NCBI GenBank assembly: GCA_900547465.1
Contig: URHJ01000004.1
Location: forward strand, 253 to 64,252
Direction: 5' to 3'
Length of the DNA: 64,000 nucleotides
Source: an uncultured Mycoplasmatota bacterium
GTDB taxonomy: Bacteria > Bacillota_I > Bacilli_A > RF39 > UBA660
Numbering within the stretch: the first letter of the stretch is position 1; the number at the start of each line of letters is the position of its first letter. Below are positions 27,565-37,627 of the stretch, one piece after another. Below the pieces are notes generated by a model, which was not told where the DNA came from, ran no database searches, and saw only the letters and a list, made by a program, of their open reading frames with translations. The translations under genes were made by a program, and so were the position numbers.

Positions 27565-28509
27565 TTAATTTAAAAAGTTAGTTATCAAATCAACTAAAAC
27601 ATTTTTTTCCTTTGGATTAGATTCAGCAATTAATAAAGTTAATGAAGCTAAAGTATTATTATCAATTACTTTCTTATCATCTTTATATAAGATATTATAA
27701 TAGTTTAAAAAATAAATAAACAAAGTAGCCGCAATACGTTTATTACCATCAATAAAAACATGATTCTTAACTACCATATATAATAAATTAGCACATTTTT
27801 CTTCTATAGAACTATATACATCTTTACCATTAAAAGTTTGATAAATACTTCCCAAAATTGCATTTAAACCATTATCTCGTTCCAAAGCAAACAAATCACT
27901 TGCTTCGTTGAATCTCAAATTTCTAATCACATTAATACATTCCTCATAAGTAATTATCTTATCACTTGTTTTACCCTTTATTTTCTTTAAAGTTCTATGA
28001 TCATAGTCATCAAGTAAATCTAACCCCTTTGAATAATCATTGATAACTCTTATTATCTCTCTAGTATCCGCTCCGCTATCTACTCTACTAGCTATATCAA
28101 TTAGTTGTACTGTCTTTTCTAAATATTCCAATCGTCTTTTATTGACTGCATATCCCTTCAACAAATAATCTTTCAATATCTTATTTGCCCATTTTCTAAA
28201 GATAATACCATTTTTAGATTTTACTCTATAACCAACACTAATTATCATATCTAAGTTATAGTATTCCACCATATGTGTTTGAGTTTTTCCAGTAATAGCA
28301 CCGTGCTTAGTGGTTGTTGCAAATTTTGCAACTACCTCTTTGATATTACACTCCTCATTTAGGGAATTTTTTATATGACGGGATATAACAGACTTGTCCC
28401 TGTCAAATAACCTTGCCATTTGATCAAGTGATAACCAAACAGTTTCATCTTTCATATTCACTTCTAATTTTACATTTTGATCTTCAAATATTATAATTTC
28501 ATTTTTCAT
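27565..28509 (-). CDS. RhuM-family N-terminal domain fused to Fic/Doc domain
   Basis: RhuM-like ETVWLSLDQMARLFDRDKSVISRHIKN...EYYNLDMIISVGYRVKSKNGIIFRKWA. C-terminal Doc-type motif HVFIDGNKRIAATL. Confidence 0.8.
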   Translation of the reverse strand: MKNEIIIFEDQNVKLEVNMKDETVWLSLDQMARLFDRDKSVISRHIKNSLNEECNIKEVVAKFATTTKHGAITGKTQTHMVEYYNLDMIISVGYRVKSKNGIIFRKWANKILKDYLLKGYAVNKRRLEYLEKTVQLIDIASRVDSGADTREIIRVINDYSKGLDLLDDYDHRTLKKIKGKTSDKIITYEECINVIRNLRFNEASDLFALERDNGLNAILGSIYQTFNGKDVYSSIEEKCANLLYMVVKNHVFIDGNKRIAATLFIYFLNYYNILYKDDKKVIDNNTLASLTLLIAESNPKEKNVLVDLITNFLN

Positions 28510-28805
28510 TATTTTTCTCCTTTTCTATTTTTGTTTTTAATTACACTAAGGCGTGATGTTTTGTTACCTTAGCCTACTTTATTTAAAAAGTCTTCTCCCT
28601 TCTATATAAATTTTGCCCAATCCTAAATCCAAGTTCTCATCTAATATTCCCCGTACTATGCGAGGTTAGGCCTTAATATCAATATCAATATATCAAACGT
28701 TTGTTCATATAACAATTGAATATCTAAAATTACCATTAACTTCCAAAAAATCGCAAAAAAAAGAAGGATAAATTCCCTCTATATAAAAACTTTATATCTT
28801 AAAAT

Positions 28806-30149
28806 CTATAGATTATGATTACTATTATTATTAACGTTATCATCATCTACAAGTGGTGGTGGATTCATTAAACTTACACTATCTTCATTTGATAAAGTAT
28901 TTTTACTAGAATCATTTACAATTTGTTCAGAAGATTGTGGAGTAACAAAACTTTGTACATTATTACTAACCACTTGTTGATCAATTACATTTTGACTATT
29001 TGCTATTGAATCATTTGTTACAGTAACATCAATTTGTTGCGGATTCATATTATTTGTTTCTGTTTTTTTCTTTACAAAAATTACAACTCCAACTATTAAA
29101 ATAACAACGAATATTCCTAATATAGGTCTAACAAATACCCAAGCTATCATAATAACAACAAGTGAATGAACAACACCAAGTAGTCCTATTAGTGCCGACA
29201 TTGAAACATTAAATACTGACTCTAGAAAAGAAAATAAATGTATCACTGAAGTTAAAAGACTGAAAAAGAAAAAATAACCTAAAATAACCAACATTGCTCC
29301 TACTGCCCTATACATCCATGTGTTATTATTATTTTCATTTTTTATCTTTTCAATCATTTCAGATTTAGTAGATTTCCCCATTTTTATTTTATTTACTTTT
29401 TTACCAGTACTACTTAAAAAGTCTTTAAATGTATTATTACTTTGGACAGCCAAAACAGTAGCATCAGGCCATTCACTATACTTATACGATATTCTAATAT
29501 CTCCAATCTCTGGATTTGAAATATCTTTTGAGTTAGTTATATATTCACTTGTTACATAAAAGTTAGCTGGAGCAACTACTTCATTTGATAAATATAAATT
29601 ACTATTTAAATCCATTTCGTTTTTCTGTGTATCCGTTAAACAAAAAGATCCTAATGTTACATTATTAGATATAAAAGTATCCTCACTATAAGGGATTGTT
29701 GTTGGATTAGTATATCCCTTTTCCTCAAATTGTGTTGCATCTATAACCTGTTCATACCACCCTTTAGTATATGAATAAGTTGGACTATCATTATTGTACT
29801 CTTCATTATCATAATCACTGGTATTAGAATCATTTTCATAATCTTCATGCCATTGATACATCTCAACAATTCTTTTTAATTTTGGAGTTTTAGCACTTAC
29901 ATTAAAAACATTGTCAACAGCATTTTCATAAACATTTATATCTCCATTTGTAATTACTAATTTGTCATTATTATCAGGTAAAATATTATTACTATCAACA
30001 AAAATAGCTTGCTTTTTTACTTCTTTTAATATTTGTGTTGCATTAACTGAATCAGATTCATTTACAAATAACATTATTGTTCCAATAATTATTAAAATAA
30101 TGCCTATTAAAACACAAAAAAATGTATTTTTTAATTTTTTCATACTCAC
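28806..30149 (-). CDS. DUF1625 (TMEM43-like) membrane protein with low-complexity tail
   Basis: N-terminal TM, VEMYQWHE family motif, and a cluster of C-terminal TM helices. An Asn/Gln/Ser-rich ~90-aa tail follows. Confidence 0.6.
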   Translation of the reverse strand: MSMKKLKNTFFCVLIGIILIIIGTIMLFVNESDSVNATQILKEVKKQAIFVDSNNILPDNNDKLVITNGDINVYENAVDNVFNVSAKTPKLKRIVEMYQWHEDYENDSNTSDYDNEEYNNDSPTYSYTKGWYEQVIDATQFEEKGYTNPTTIPYSEDTFISNNVTLGSFCLTDTQKNEMDLNSNLYLSNEVVAPANFYVTSEYITNSKDISNPEIGDIRISYKYSEWPDATVLAVQSNNTFKDFLSSTGKKVNKIKMGKSTKSEMIEKIKNENNNNTWMYRAVGAMLVILGYFFFFSLLTSVIHLFSFLESVFNVSMSALIGLLGVVHSLVVIMIAWVFVRPILGIFVVILIVGVVIFVKKKTETNNMNPQQIDVTVTNDSIANSQNVIDQQVVSNNVQSFVTPQSSEQIVNDSSKNTLSNEDSVSLMNPPPLVDDDNVNNNSNHNL

Positions 30150-30238
30150 ACCTCACTATTATGAGTATATCATCTAAAAATCAATATCCAATTAAAACAA
30201 AATCATTTCTTGTAAAAAAATGTAAAGAAAAAGAAGAC

Positions 30239-30508
30239 TTAAATCTTCTCAAATCTATATTTTTGTTTGACATCTGGGTATTTATCATAATCAACTTCAC
30301 TAAAAAACATATCAATAGGTCTCGCATAAATACCAAAATCACCATATTGAGCTTGATAAATAACTAGTGTCTCTCTAGTTTCTGAATGAGTTGCAAAAGT
30401 TATAATCTTATATTCTTTATTTTTAAAATGTCTAAATACACTAGCATTATCTTTATCTTCTAAAATACTTATAAACTCTACATTTCTTTCATTATTAATA
30501 TATTTCAT
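30239..30508 (-). CDS. DUF1653 family protein
   Basis: [49 protein letters not shown] matches the DUF1653 pattern as I remember it. Confidence 0.6.
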   Translation of the reverse strand: MKYINNERNVEFISILEDKDNASVFRHFKNKEYKIITFATHSETRETLVIYQAQYGDFGIYARPIDMFFSEVDYDKYPDVKQKYRFEKI

Positions 30509-30546
30509 TCTCTATACCTCTTTCTTCTATGTTCAAAATACGTGTA

Positions 30547-31152
30547 TTAATTTAACTTTTTAACCTTACTAACGTTTTGTTCACTACTAGGTATTGATTT
30601 TGATGAATCATTTATTTCATAATATATTTTTCTTAAATGAGCAACAGGTACATATCCATCGCAGTATACTTTTAGTTCTGGATATAACTTTAAAATATGT
30701 TCTTCAAATTCAGGCATAGTTCCACTATGAAAGCCATATCCACATAAATATCTAAATTCACCATTATCATTTCTAAGTAATGCATCAAAATATTCATGCT
30801 TATATGCCCATATTACTCCATCCATATGACTATATCCCCCTACACCATAATTAGATCTTTTTAATGAAATATACTTTTTTCCATCTAAGGATATAACATA
30901 GCAATCTTTCATATTAATTGAGCTATTACAATTTTCATAAAATTCACTATTAATTTTACCATTTATAAAGTCTTTCAATTCTAAGCTTTCCTTTTTTAGA
31001 TAGTCTAATTCTTCCTTCTTTGAGGAGATTTCACTACTAATATCTGCTAATTGCGTACTTTTCTCAACCAATTCTTCTTTCATTTTTTTATAAAGGTTAA
31101 TTTTTTTCCTCAATGACATTCTCTTATCATCATTGTATTTCATTTCCTTCAC
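30547..31152 (-). CDS. hypothetical coiled-coil protein, tandem paralogue A
   Basis: 201 aa. N-terminal coiled coil (EISSKKEELDYLKKESLELK), core MKDCYVISLDGKKYI, and tail IPSSEQNVSKVKKLN identical to paralogue B. Confidence 0.55.
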   Translation of the reverse strand: MKEMKYNDDKRMSLRKKINLYKKMKEELVEKSTQLADISSEISSKKEELDYLKKESLELKDFINGKINSEFYENCNSSINMKDCYVISLDGKKYISLKRSNYGVGGYSHMDGVIWAYKHEYFDALLRNDNGEFRYLCGYGFHSGTMPEFEEHILKLYPELKVYCDGYVPVAHLRKIYYEINDSSKSIPSSEQNVSKVKKLN

Positions 31153-31278
31153 CTTTCTTTTATTTTTCCATGGTTAATTTTTTTACCTTACTTCTACCTA
31201 TATCGTATAATTTTTTACTATATTTTTTCAAAATGACAATTATCATCTCTGTTCAAATTATGTATATATAGTTGCAAA

Positions 31279-31926
31279 TTAATTTAACTTTTTAACTTTA
31301 CTAACATTTTGTTCACTACTAGGTATTAATTTTGATAAATCATTTATTTCATAATATATTTTTTTTAAATGCGTGACAGGTATCCATCCATTTTCATACG
31401 TTTCTAATAACTCTGGATATAAATCTAAAATATGTTCCTCAGATTCAGGCTTTCTTCCAACATAACGACGACTACCAAATTCCGTTTTGTATTCACATAA
31501 AAATAACAACTTTCCTTCTCCATTTTCCTCATAACGATATAAAGTATCATAATATTGGTAAACATATATCCCAATATCAATAGTCCTAGCATTATTGATG
31601 CCTTTCATTTCAAAACATTCTGAATGACCAAATCGTATGGTTACATACTTTTTTCCATCTAAGGATATAACATAGCAATTTTTCATATTGACTGTATAAT
31701 CAGACCCCTCAAATTTTTCTTTATTAAATTCATCATTTATAGAATATTTTAATTCTAAAATTTCTTTCTTTAAAGAGTTTAATTTCTCTTTTTTTGAAGA
31801 AATTTCACCATTAATGTTTTCTAATTGTTCTTCGATCTCGGTCATAAAACAAGATTTAATTTTTTCCTTCAATGACATTTTCTTCTTATTATATTTCATT
31901 TTCTTCAATCCTTTACAATTTTTCAC
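31279..31926 (-). CDS. hypothetical coiled-coil protein, tandem paralogue B
   Basis: 215 aa. EISSKKEKLNSLKKEILELK, MKNCYVISLDGKKYV, and an identical C-terminal IPSSEQNVSKVKKLN. DNA identity extends ~25 nt past the stop. Confidence 0.55.
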   Translation of the reverse strand: MKNCKGLKKMKYNKKKMSLKEKIKSCFMTEIEEQLENINGEISSKKEKLNSLKKEILELKYSINDEFNKEKFEGSDYTVNMKNCYVISLDGKKYVTIRFGHSECFEMKGINNARTIDIGIYVYQYYDTLYRYEENGEGKLLFLCEYKTEFGSRRYVGRKPESEEHILDLYPELLETYENGWIPVTHLKKIYYEINDLSKLIPSSEQNVSKVKKLN

Positions 31927-32063
31927 TTGATTGATTTATTTTTATTCTGTTTTATTATCTATACCAATTGAACTTTCTAATCTTTGCAATAATATCTACA
32001 TTGCCTCCATCCAATTAAAACATATGCTAATTATACTATTATTTACATACCTAAAAGAATATT

Positions 32064-35000
32064 CTAAAACAATGACAATTGATTTGAATCAGGTAATCCT
32101 TTTAAAACTCCAAGTTCCGTCATTTTCTCTATCAAGGTACCAGATACTTTAGCTCTTACTTGAACATCCTCTTTACTTAAGAATGTTCCTTTTTTTCTTT
32201 CTTCTACAATATTATTCGCAACAGTATCACCAAGACCATCTATGGCATTAAATGGTGGATAAATCTCTGTATCATTTTTTGCTTTCCATACTGTTGCTTC
32301 TGATTCATACAGATCAACATTCAAAAACTTTATACCACGAGCTGCGGCTTCTAGCGCAACCTTCAAACTTTCAGCTTGTCCATTTTCTTTATTAGTAGCT
32401 TCATAACCTTTATTTTGAATATCAATAATTCGTGTTTTTATAGCATCATAACCTTTTATCATTGCTTCTACATCAACATCAGTTGCTTTACAAGAATACC
32501 ATGATGCATAAAAGTAAACTGGCATATGAACTTTATACCAAGCTATTCTAAAAGCACTAATTACATAGGCCGCGGCATGCGCTTTTGGGAACATGTACTT
32601 AATTTTTGCACAACTTCCAATGAACCATTCTGGAATATTTGATTTTCTCATTAATTCTTCATATTCAATCCATTGATCATGATCTTTAGGTTTTGAGGCC
32701 CTACCTTTACGAACAAATTCCATTATTTTAAAGGCTTTAATTGGTTCTAGTCCACGATACATTAAATAAACCATAATATCATCACGACAGCCAATAGTCT
32801 CAGAAAAAGGAACAATATTATTTTGAATTAATTCTTGAGCATTGCCAAGCCAAACATCAGTACCATGAGAAAGTCCTGAAATTTTAATAAGTTCAGCAAA
32901 TGTTGTTGGTTTTGTATCCTCTACTAATTTTATTGTAAATGGAGTTCCAAACTCTGGAATACCAAGTGTACCTGTATTACACATAATCTCTTCTTTTGTA
33001 ACACCTAATGCTTCAGTTGATGTAAATATAGACATAGTTGCTTTATCATCTAGAGGAACCTTCATAATATCTGTGTTTGATTGAAGTTGAATTAAACGTA
33101 ATTGAGTTGGATCAGAATGACCTAATATATCAAGTTTTAAAAGACACTGATCAATTGAGTGGTAATCAAAGTGAGTTGTTTTCCAGTCTTTTGTTGCATC
33201 TTCCGCCGGAAACTGAAATGGTGTAAAGTCATATACGTCCATATAATCAGGAACAACAACTATACCACCTGGATGTTGACCCGTGGTTCTTTTAACACCT
33301 GTACAACCAATAGCTAGACGTTCAACTTCTGCTGTACGCATATCAGTTATACCATGTTCTTCACAGTAGCCCTTAACAAAACCAAAAGCTGTTTTATCCG
33401 CAACAGTACCAATTGTACCTGCACGATATACATTATCTTCTCCGAACAAGACTTTGGTATAAGCGTGAGCACTAGCTTGATTTAAATCAGAAAAATTCAA
33501 ATCTATATCTGGTACTTTATCGGCATTAAATCCTAAGAAAGTCGCAAACGGCATATCTTGACCATCTTTTAACATTGGAATATCACAATGTGGACAGTTT
33601 TTATCTGGTAAATCAAATCCTGATGAATAACTACTACCAAGACTATTACCATCACTATCATCAAAAATACTTAACTTACACTTCTCACAACGATAATGAG
33701 CAGGAAGTGGATTTACTTCTGTTATTCCCATCATTGTTGCTACGAAACTTGAACCAACAGATCCACGAGAACCTACTAAATATCCTTCATCATTAGAGTG
33801 CTTTACAAGTCTTTGCGCAATCAAATAAATTGGATCGAATCCTCCACCGATAACTCCACCTAAAGTCTTCTTAACTTTTTTCTCTAATGATTTTTCGTCA
33901 AGTTCTTCTTCACTACTTGTCTTAACATAATCAGTAACTATTTTCTTTATATTATCTGAACCCTTTAATATTTCATCATGCAACTGTTTATGAACAACTC
34001 TATTATATTCTTCAAGATTATCTTTAATATCCTCATGACGACCACTTATTATCTTAAATACGATATCACCATATAATTCAGTCGCAATACGTTCTTCAAT
34101 CATATATGGTAGAGGCTCTCCATACCAATCTCTAGCTTTTGTATAAACCAAATCAGTAACAACAACTGGACAATCCAAATAACTTTTTCCATCATCACTC
34201 TTTACTCTTGGAGAAAATGGAATACCACCAGTATCAATAATTACTTCTATAATATCAACACTATCTGCTAGTTTATTAGTATTTTCTACCACTATTCTAT
34301 ATGCTAAATCATCATCTTCTAAAAACTTAAAATCATTTAACATCTCATCTGTAGTCCTAAAATGTTGAGAAGGAATCTCTTTTAAATGATATCTAGCTAG
34401 TGGATGTCGTCCTCCACCAGGTACTTTTTGATTAACAATAATTTCACGATAAATCTTATCTTCCCTCTTTATATGATGTACATCTCCAGTTGCAACTATA
34501 AGCTTGCCTGCCTCTTCTGTGACACGAATTATCTTTTTTAAGTGTGCTGCTAACTCTACTGTTGTTCCAAACTCTCCACTATCAACTAAATGTTGATAAC
34601 ATTCAAGTGGTTGAACTTCGACATAGTCATATAATCTTATAATATTAGATAATTCATCTTCACTCTTTCTTCTGGCTTGTCTAAAGACTTCACCTTCATA
34701 ACAACCACTACCAATTAATAATCCTTCCCTATTTTCTTCTATTACACTACGCAAAATACGAGGAGTCTTATATAAATAAGTAGTATTTGCTAAAGAAACT
34801 ATTTTAAACAAGTTTTTAAGTCCTGTTTTATTCTTTGCTAAAATATTTACATGATAACTTTGTCCATATTTATGTATTTCATCACGTGATACTAATTCAT
34901 CTAACTGATTCATATTTTCAATATGTCTATTGTCTAATTTTTCAAGCATTTTATGAAAAACCAAAGCCGTACCTTCTGCATCATAATCCCCTCTATGATG

Positions 35001-36680
35001 TGCATTCTCATCCCAAGGAACTTGATATCTTTTTACAAGTGCTGATAGTGAATGTCTTGCATAATTAGTATCAAGAGTTCTAGATAATTCTAAAGTATCT
35101 ATTACAGGATTAGTAAATTCTCCTAAACCATACTTTTTATAAGCCATTTCCAAAAAAGAAACATCAAACTTTGCATTATGTGCAACCATTGGTAAGTCTC
35201 CAAACCACTCTACAAATCTTTTAACAGCATTTTCTTCATTATCTTTATCTTCTAACATTTCATCTGTAATATTAGTAACATCAATAATTTTTTGTGGTAA
35301 TTTTCTTCCTGGATTAATTAATTCATCATATTTTTCTAATATAACTCCATTACAAATCTTAACTGCACCAATTTCAATAATAGAATCAGCACCACCAGCA
35401 TTAAAACCAGTTGTTTCAAAGTCAAAAACAACATAAGTCTGTTCCAACATATTCTTATCATTTGGTCTTATTACAATATCAACATCATCATCTATTAAAG
35501 TTAACTCTGTTCCATAAATTGCTTTAAATGGTTCTTCTCCTTCAGCTAGACTTTTATTATGAGAAGTAACTAAATTAAAAACATGTGGAAAAGCTTGTAC
35601 TCCATTGTGATCTGTTATAGCGATTGCTCTATGTCCCCACTTCATAGCTTGCTTTACTAAACTAACTTCATCTGCTATTCCGTCCATTTGACTCATCTTA
35701 GTATGACAATGTAGTTCAACTCTTTTAACTTCTGCTGTATCACAAACATCTTCTACTTGTTTTTCCACTTTGATTATATCTCTAGCATTTAATACTAACT
35801 CTTTAGCAAAAGTATCATTCTTAGTATAACCTCTAATTTTTACCCAAGTACCTTTAGAAAGTTCACCCTGTAATCTTTTATACTCATCATCGTCTCTTAC
35901 AAAAACTTTACAATAAATACTATCAGAGTAATCAGTTATCTTTAAAGTAATAATTTTAAAATCTGTTTTACTAGATTCAAAATAATCTACTCCAAAAATT
36001 TCAGCCTCTACTACTACGTTATTATCTTCACCAATCAAAGTTTTAATCTTAATTGGTTTATCCTCTATACTTCTACCAAGAATACTATTAGGATCTTTTT
36101 CTCTCCTAAATGGTCTTTTCTTTGGAACTTCTTTTTTTACTTCTTCTTTTTTCTCATAACTAATATTAGTACTTTCTTCTAATTCCTTTTTTATCTCATT
36201 TAAAACATTTTCATTTGCTCTAACTTCAATTGGAATTTCTTTATTATAACCAAATCTAGAAAAGAACTTTTCTATTTTAGGCATACAATTATTTATTTTT
36301 TCTTCTTCTATTAAATTAGAAACAGAAAATAATAATCGATCATTTTCAAACATCAAAGAATCTTTATAAATTTCTGTAATCATCAAATCATTTTTCAATA
36401 ACTTTAATAAATATGGGTAATATCCAATTAAATCTTGTTCATTTTTATCTGTTACATTATATATAACTTGATAATTAGATATAGAAGAATCAATAAGAAA
36501 TACATTTTCATCTAACTTTTCTACTATATCAACAGGTAAATAATTCTTAACTTCTATATATATAGTACAACTAGAATTCTTAGGAGATAGGTTTATTTTA
36601 GTTAATTTTGCATCAGAAAAATAAGACTCTATATCACATAAGTCTATTTTATTTAATAATGTTAATATCATCTTATCCAT
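32064..36680 (-). CDS. polC: DNA polymerase III alpha subunit, PolC type
   Basis: About 1538 aa. PHP domain (VELHCHTKMSQMDG), inserted DnaQ-like exonuclease (YVVFDFETTGF...HNAKFDVSFL...HRGDYDAEG) and polymerase core. ATG 36680 is preceded by AGGGGG; the track start at 36704 is probably too early. Confidence 0.97.
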   Translation of the reverse strand: MDKMILTLLNKIDLCDIESYFSDAKLTKINLSPKNSSCTIYIEVKNYLPVDIVEKLDENVFLIDSSISNYQVIYNVTDKNEQDLIGYYPYLLKLLKNDLMITEIYKDSLMFENDRLLFSVSNLIEEEKINNCMPKIEKFFSRFGYNKEIPIEVRANENVLNEIKKELEESTNISYEKKEEVKKEVPKKRPFRREKDPNSILGRSIEDKPIKIKTLIGEDNNVVVEAEIFGVDYFESSKTDFKIITLKITDYSDSIYCKVFVRDDDEYKRLQGELSKGTWVKIRGYTKNDTFAKELVLNARDIIKVEKQVEDVCDTAEVKRVELHCHTKMSQMDGIADEVSLVKQAMKWGHRAIAITDHNGVQAFPHVFNLVTSHNKSLAEGEEPFKAIYGTELTLIDDDVDIVIRPNDKNMLEQTYVVFDFETTGFNAGGADSIIEIGAVKICNGVILEKYDELINPGRKLPQKIIDVTNITDEMLEDKDNEENAVKRFVEWFGDLPMVAHNAKFDVSFLEMAYKKYGLGEFTNPVIDTLELSRTLDTNYARHSLSALVKRYQVPWDENAHHRGDYDAEGTALVFHKMLEKLDNRHIENMNQLDELVSRDEIHKYGQSYHVNILAKNKTGLKNLFKIVSLANTTYLYKTPRILRSVIEENREGLLIGSGCYEGEVFRQARRKSEDELSNIIRLYDYVEVQPLECYQHLVDSGEFGTTVELAAHLKKIIRVTEEAGKLIVATGDVHHIKREDKIYREIIVNQKVPGGGRHPLARYHLKEIPSQHFRTTDEMLNDFKFLEDDDLAYRIVVENTNKLADSVDIIEVIIDTGGIPFSPRVKSDDGKSYLDCPVVVTDLVYTKARDWYGEPLPYMIEERIATELYGDIVFKIISGRHEDIKDNLEEYNRVVHKQLHDEILKGSDNIKKIVTDYVKTSSEEELDEKSLEKKVKKTLGGVIGGGFDPIYLIAQRLVKHSNDEGYLVGSRGSVGSSFVATMMGITEVNPLPAHYRCEKCKLSIFDDSDGNSLGSSYSSGFDLPDKNCPHCDIPMLKDGQDMPFATFLGFNADKVPDIDLNFSDLNQASAHAYTKVLFGEDNVYRAGTIGTVADKTAFGFVKGYCEEHGITDMRTAEVERLAIGCTGVKRTTGQHPGGIVVVPDYMDVYDFTPFQFPAEDATKDWKTTHFDYHSIDQCLLKLDILGHSDPTQLRLIQLQSNTDIMKVPLDDKATMSIFTSTEALGVTKEEIMCNTGTLGIPEFGTPFTIKLVEDTKPTTFAELIKISGLSHGTDVWLGNAQELIQNNIVPFSETIGCRDDIMVYLMYRGLEPIKAFKIMEFVRKGRASKPKDHDQWIEYEELMRKSNIPEWFIGSCAKIKYMFPKAHAAAYVISAFRIAWYKVHMPVYFYASWYSCKATDVDVEAMIKGYDAIKTRIIDIQNKGYEATNKENGQAESLKVALEAAARGIKFLNVDLYESEATVWKAKNDTEIYPPFNAIDGLGDTVANNIVEERKKGTFLSKEDVQVRAKVSGTLIEKMTELGVLKGLPDSNQLSLF

Positions 36681-36703
36681 TATACTGCCCCCTAAAAAAG
36701 TCA

Positions 36704-37543
36704 TTAAATTATTTCTAACTCATCAATTTTTACAATATGTCTTTGATTTCTAATACAGAAATCTATAAAAGAATATAAATCAAATTTCTTAAGTTGTCTT
36801 TCATATGGATATTTAAAAGTATCATATAAAATATTATCTCTAGCCATATAATTAGATATTTCGTCTTCTTCTACACCTAGATACATTAACCAATATGGAT
36901 AAATCTGTTTTTTCAAGAATTTCAAAGTATTATCTCCAGTTAAGTAATGACTCTTTGAAGACATTCTAGTCGCAAATTCATTTATAATCGCAAGTTCAAC
37001 AATCGCCTCTACTATATCTTTATAATCTTCTTGATAATGTTTTAATTCTTTTTTTACTATTTCAAATACTAATTTAGTAATTGTTTTTAATGGATCTTCT
37101 TCAGTAAACTTCTTACCCCAAACAATAGTATTTACTTTTGCATTTTTAACTTCTTCTACATCAATAATATCTAATTGTTCTGGCACAATTAAAACATGAT
37201 AAAGCTTAATATCAAAACGAAGAATATCTTTCAATTCACTAATAGCTTTCTTTTTATTTTCATCCCAAGCTTTTAAAATTTCTATTCTAAATCTTTCTGT
37301 TTGCTTTTTTAATTTTTCATATTCTTTTGTTTCTAACATGATATTATAAATTGTATCATCATTAGGTATAAAATTTTTTGGATCTTTTAATATCAATTGA
37401 TTATCTCTAAAAGTTTGATTATATTCTTTTTTATAATTAACCCAAATTTTTTGTTTTAATTTGTGAATACTTTCAGAAATAGATGCTTGAAATAATAAGT
37501 TCCAAATTAATATATAATCATTAACATCAAATTTCAAATTCAT
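36704..37543 (-). CDS. hypothetical protein (279 aa)
   Basis: Intact ORF ending at the polC RBS region. Helical with no recognisable motif. Confidence 0.45.
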   Translation of the reverse strand: MNLKFDVNDYILIWNLLFQASISESIHKLKQKIWVNYKKEYNQTFRDNQLILKDPKNFIPNDDTIYNIMLETKEYEKLKKQTERFRIEILKAWDENKKKAISELKDILRFDIKLYHVLIVPEQLDIIDVEEVKNAKVNTIVWGKKFTEEDPLKTITKLVFEIVKKELKHYQEDYKDIVEAIVELAIINEFATRMSSKSHYLTGDNTLKFLKKQIYPYWLMYLGVEEDEISNYMARDNILYDTFKYPYERQLKKFDLYSFIDFCIRNQRHIVKIDELEII

Positions 37544-37627
37544 ACAGCTTCACCCTTACTACAAATATAATATATCATAAAAAAAAAACGATTGAAACGT
37601 TTTTAAACAAATTTGTAACTTTATTTT

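Noticed and set aside
28566-28578. GGCTAAGGT shared (in inverted orientation) with the window end 63991-64000, as possible element att sites
   Set aside because: The match is only 9-10 bp. The two sites are 35 kb apart with core genes such as polC between them. Chance explains it adequately.
28675-28694. Tandem AATATC AATATC AATATATC upstream of the RhuM-Fic gene as iterons or an operator
   Set aside because: It is a very short AT-only repeat with no second copy or partner protein identifiable. It is mentioned only as context in the RhuM-Fic finding.
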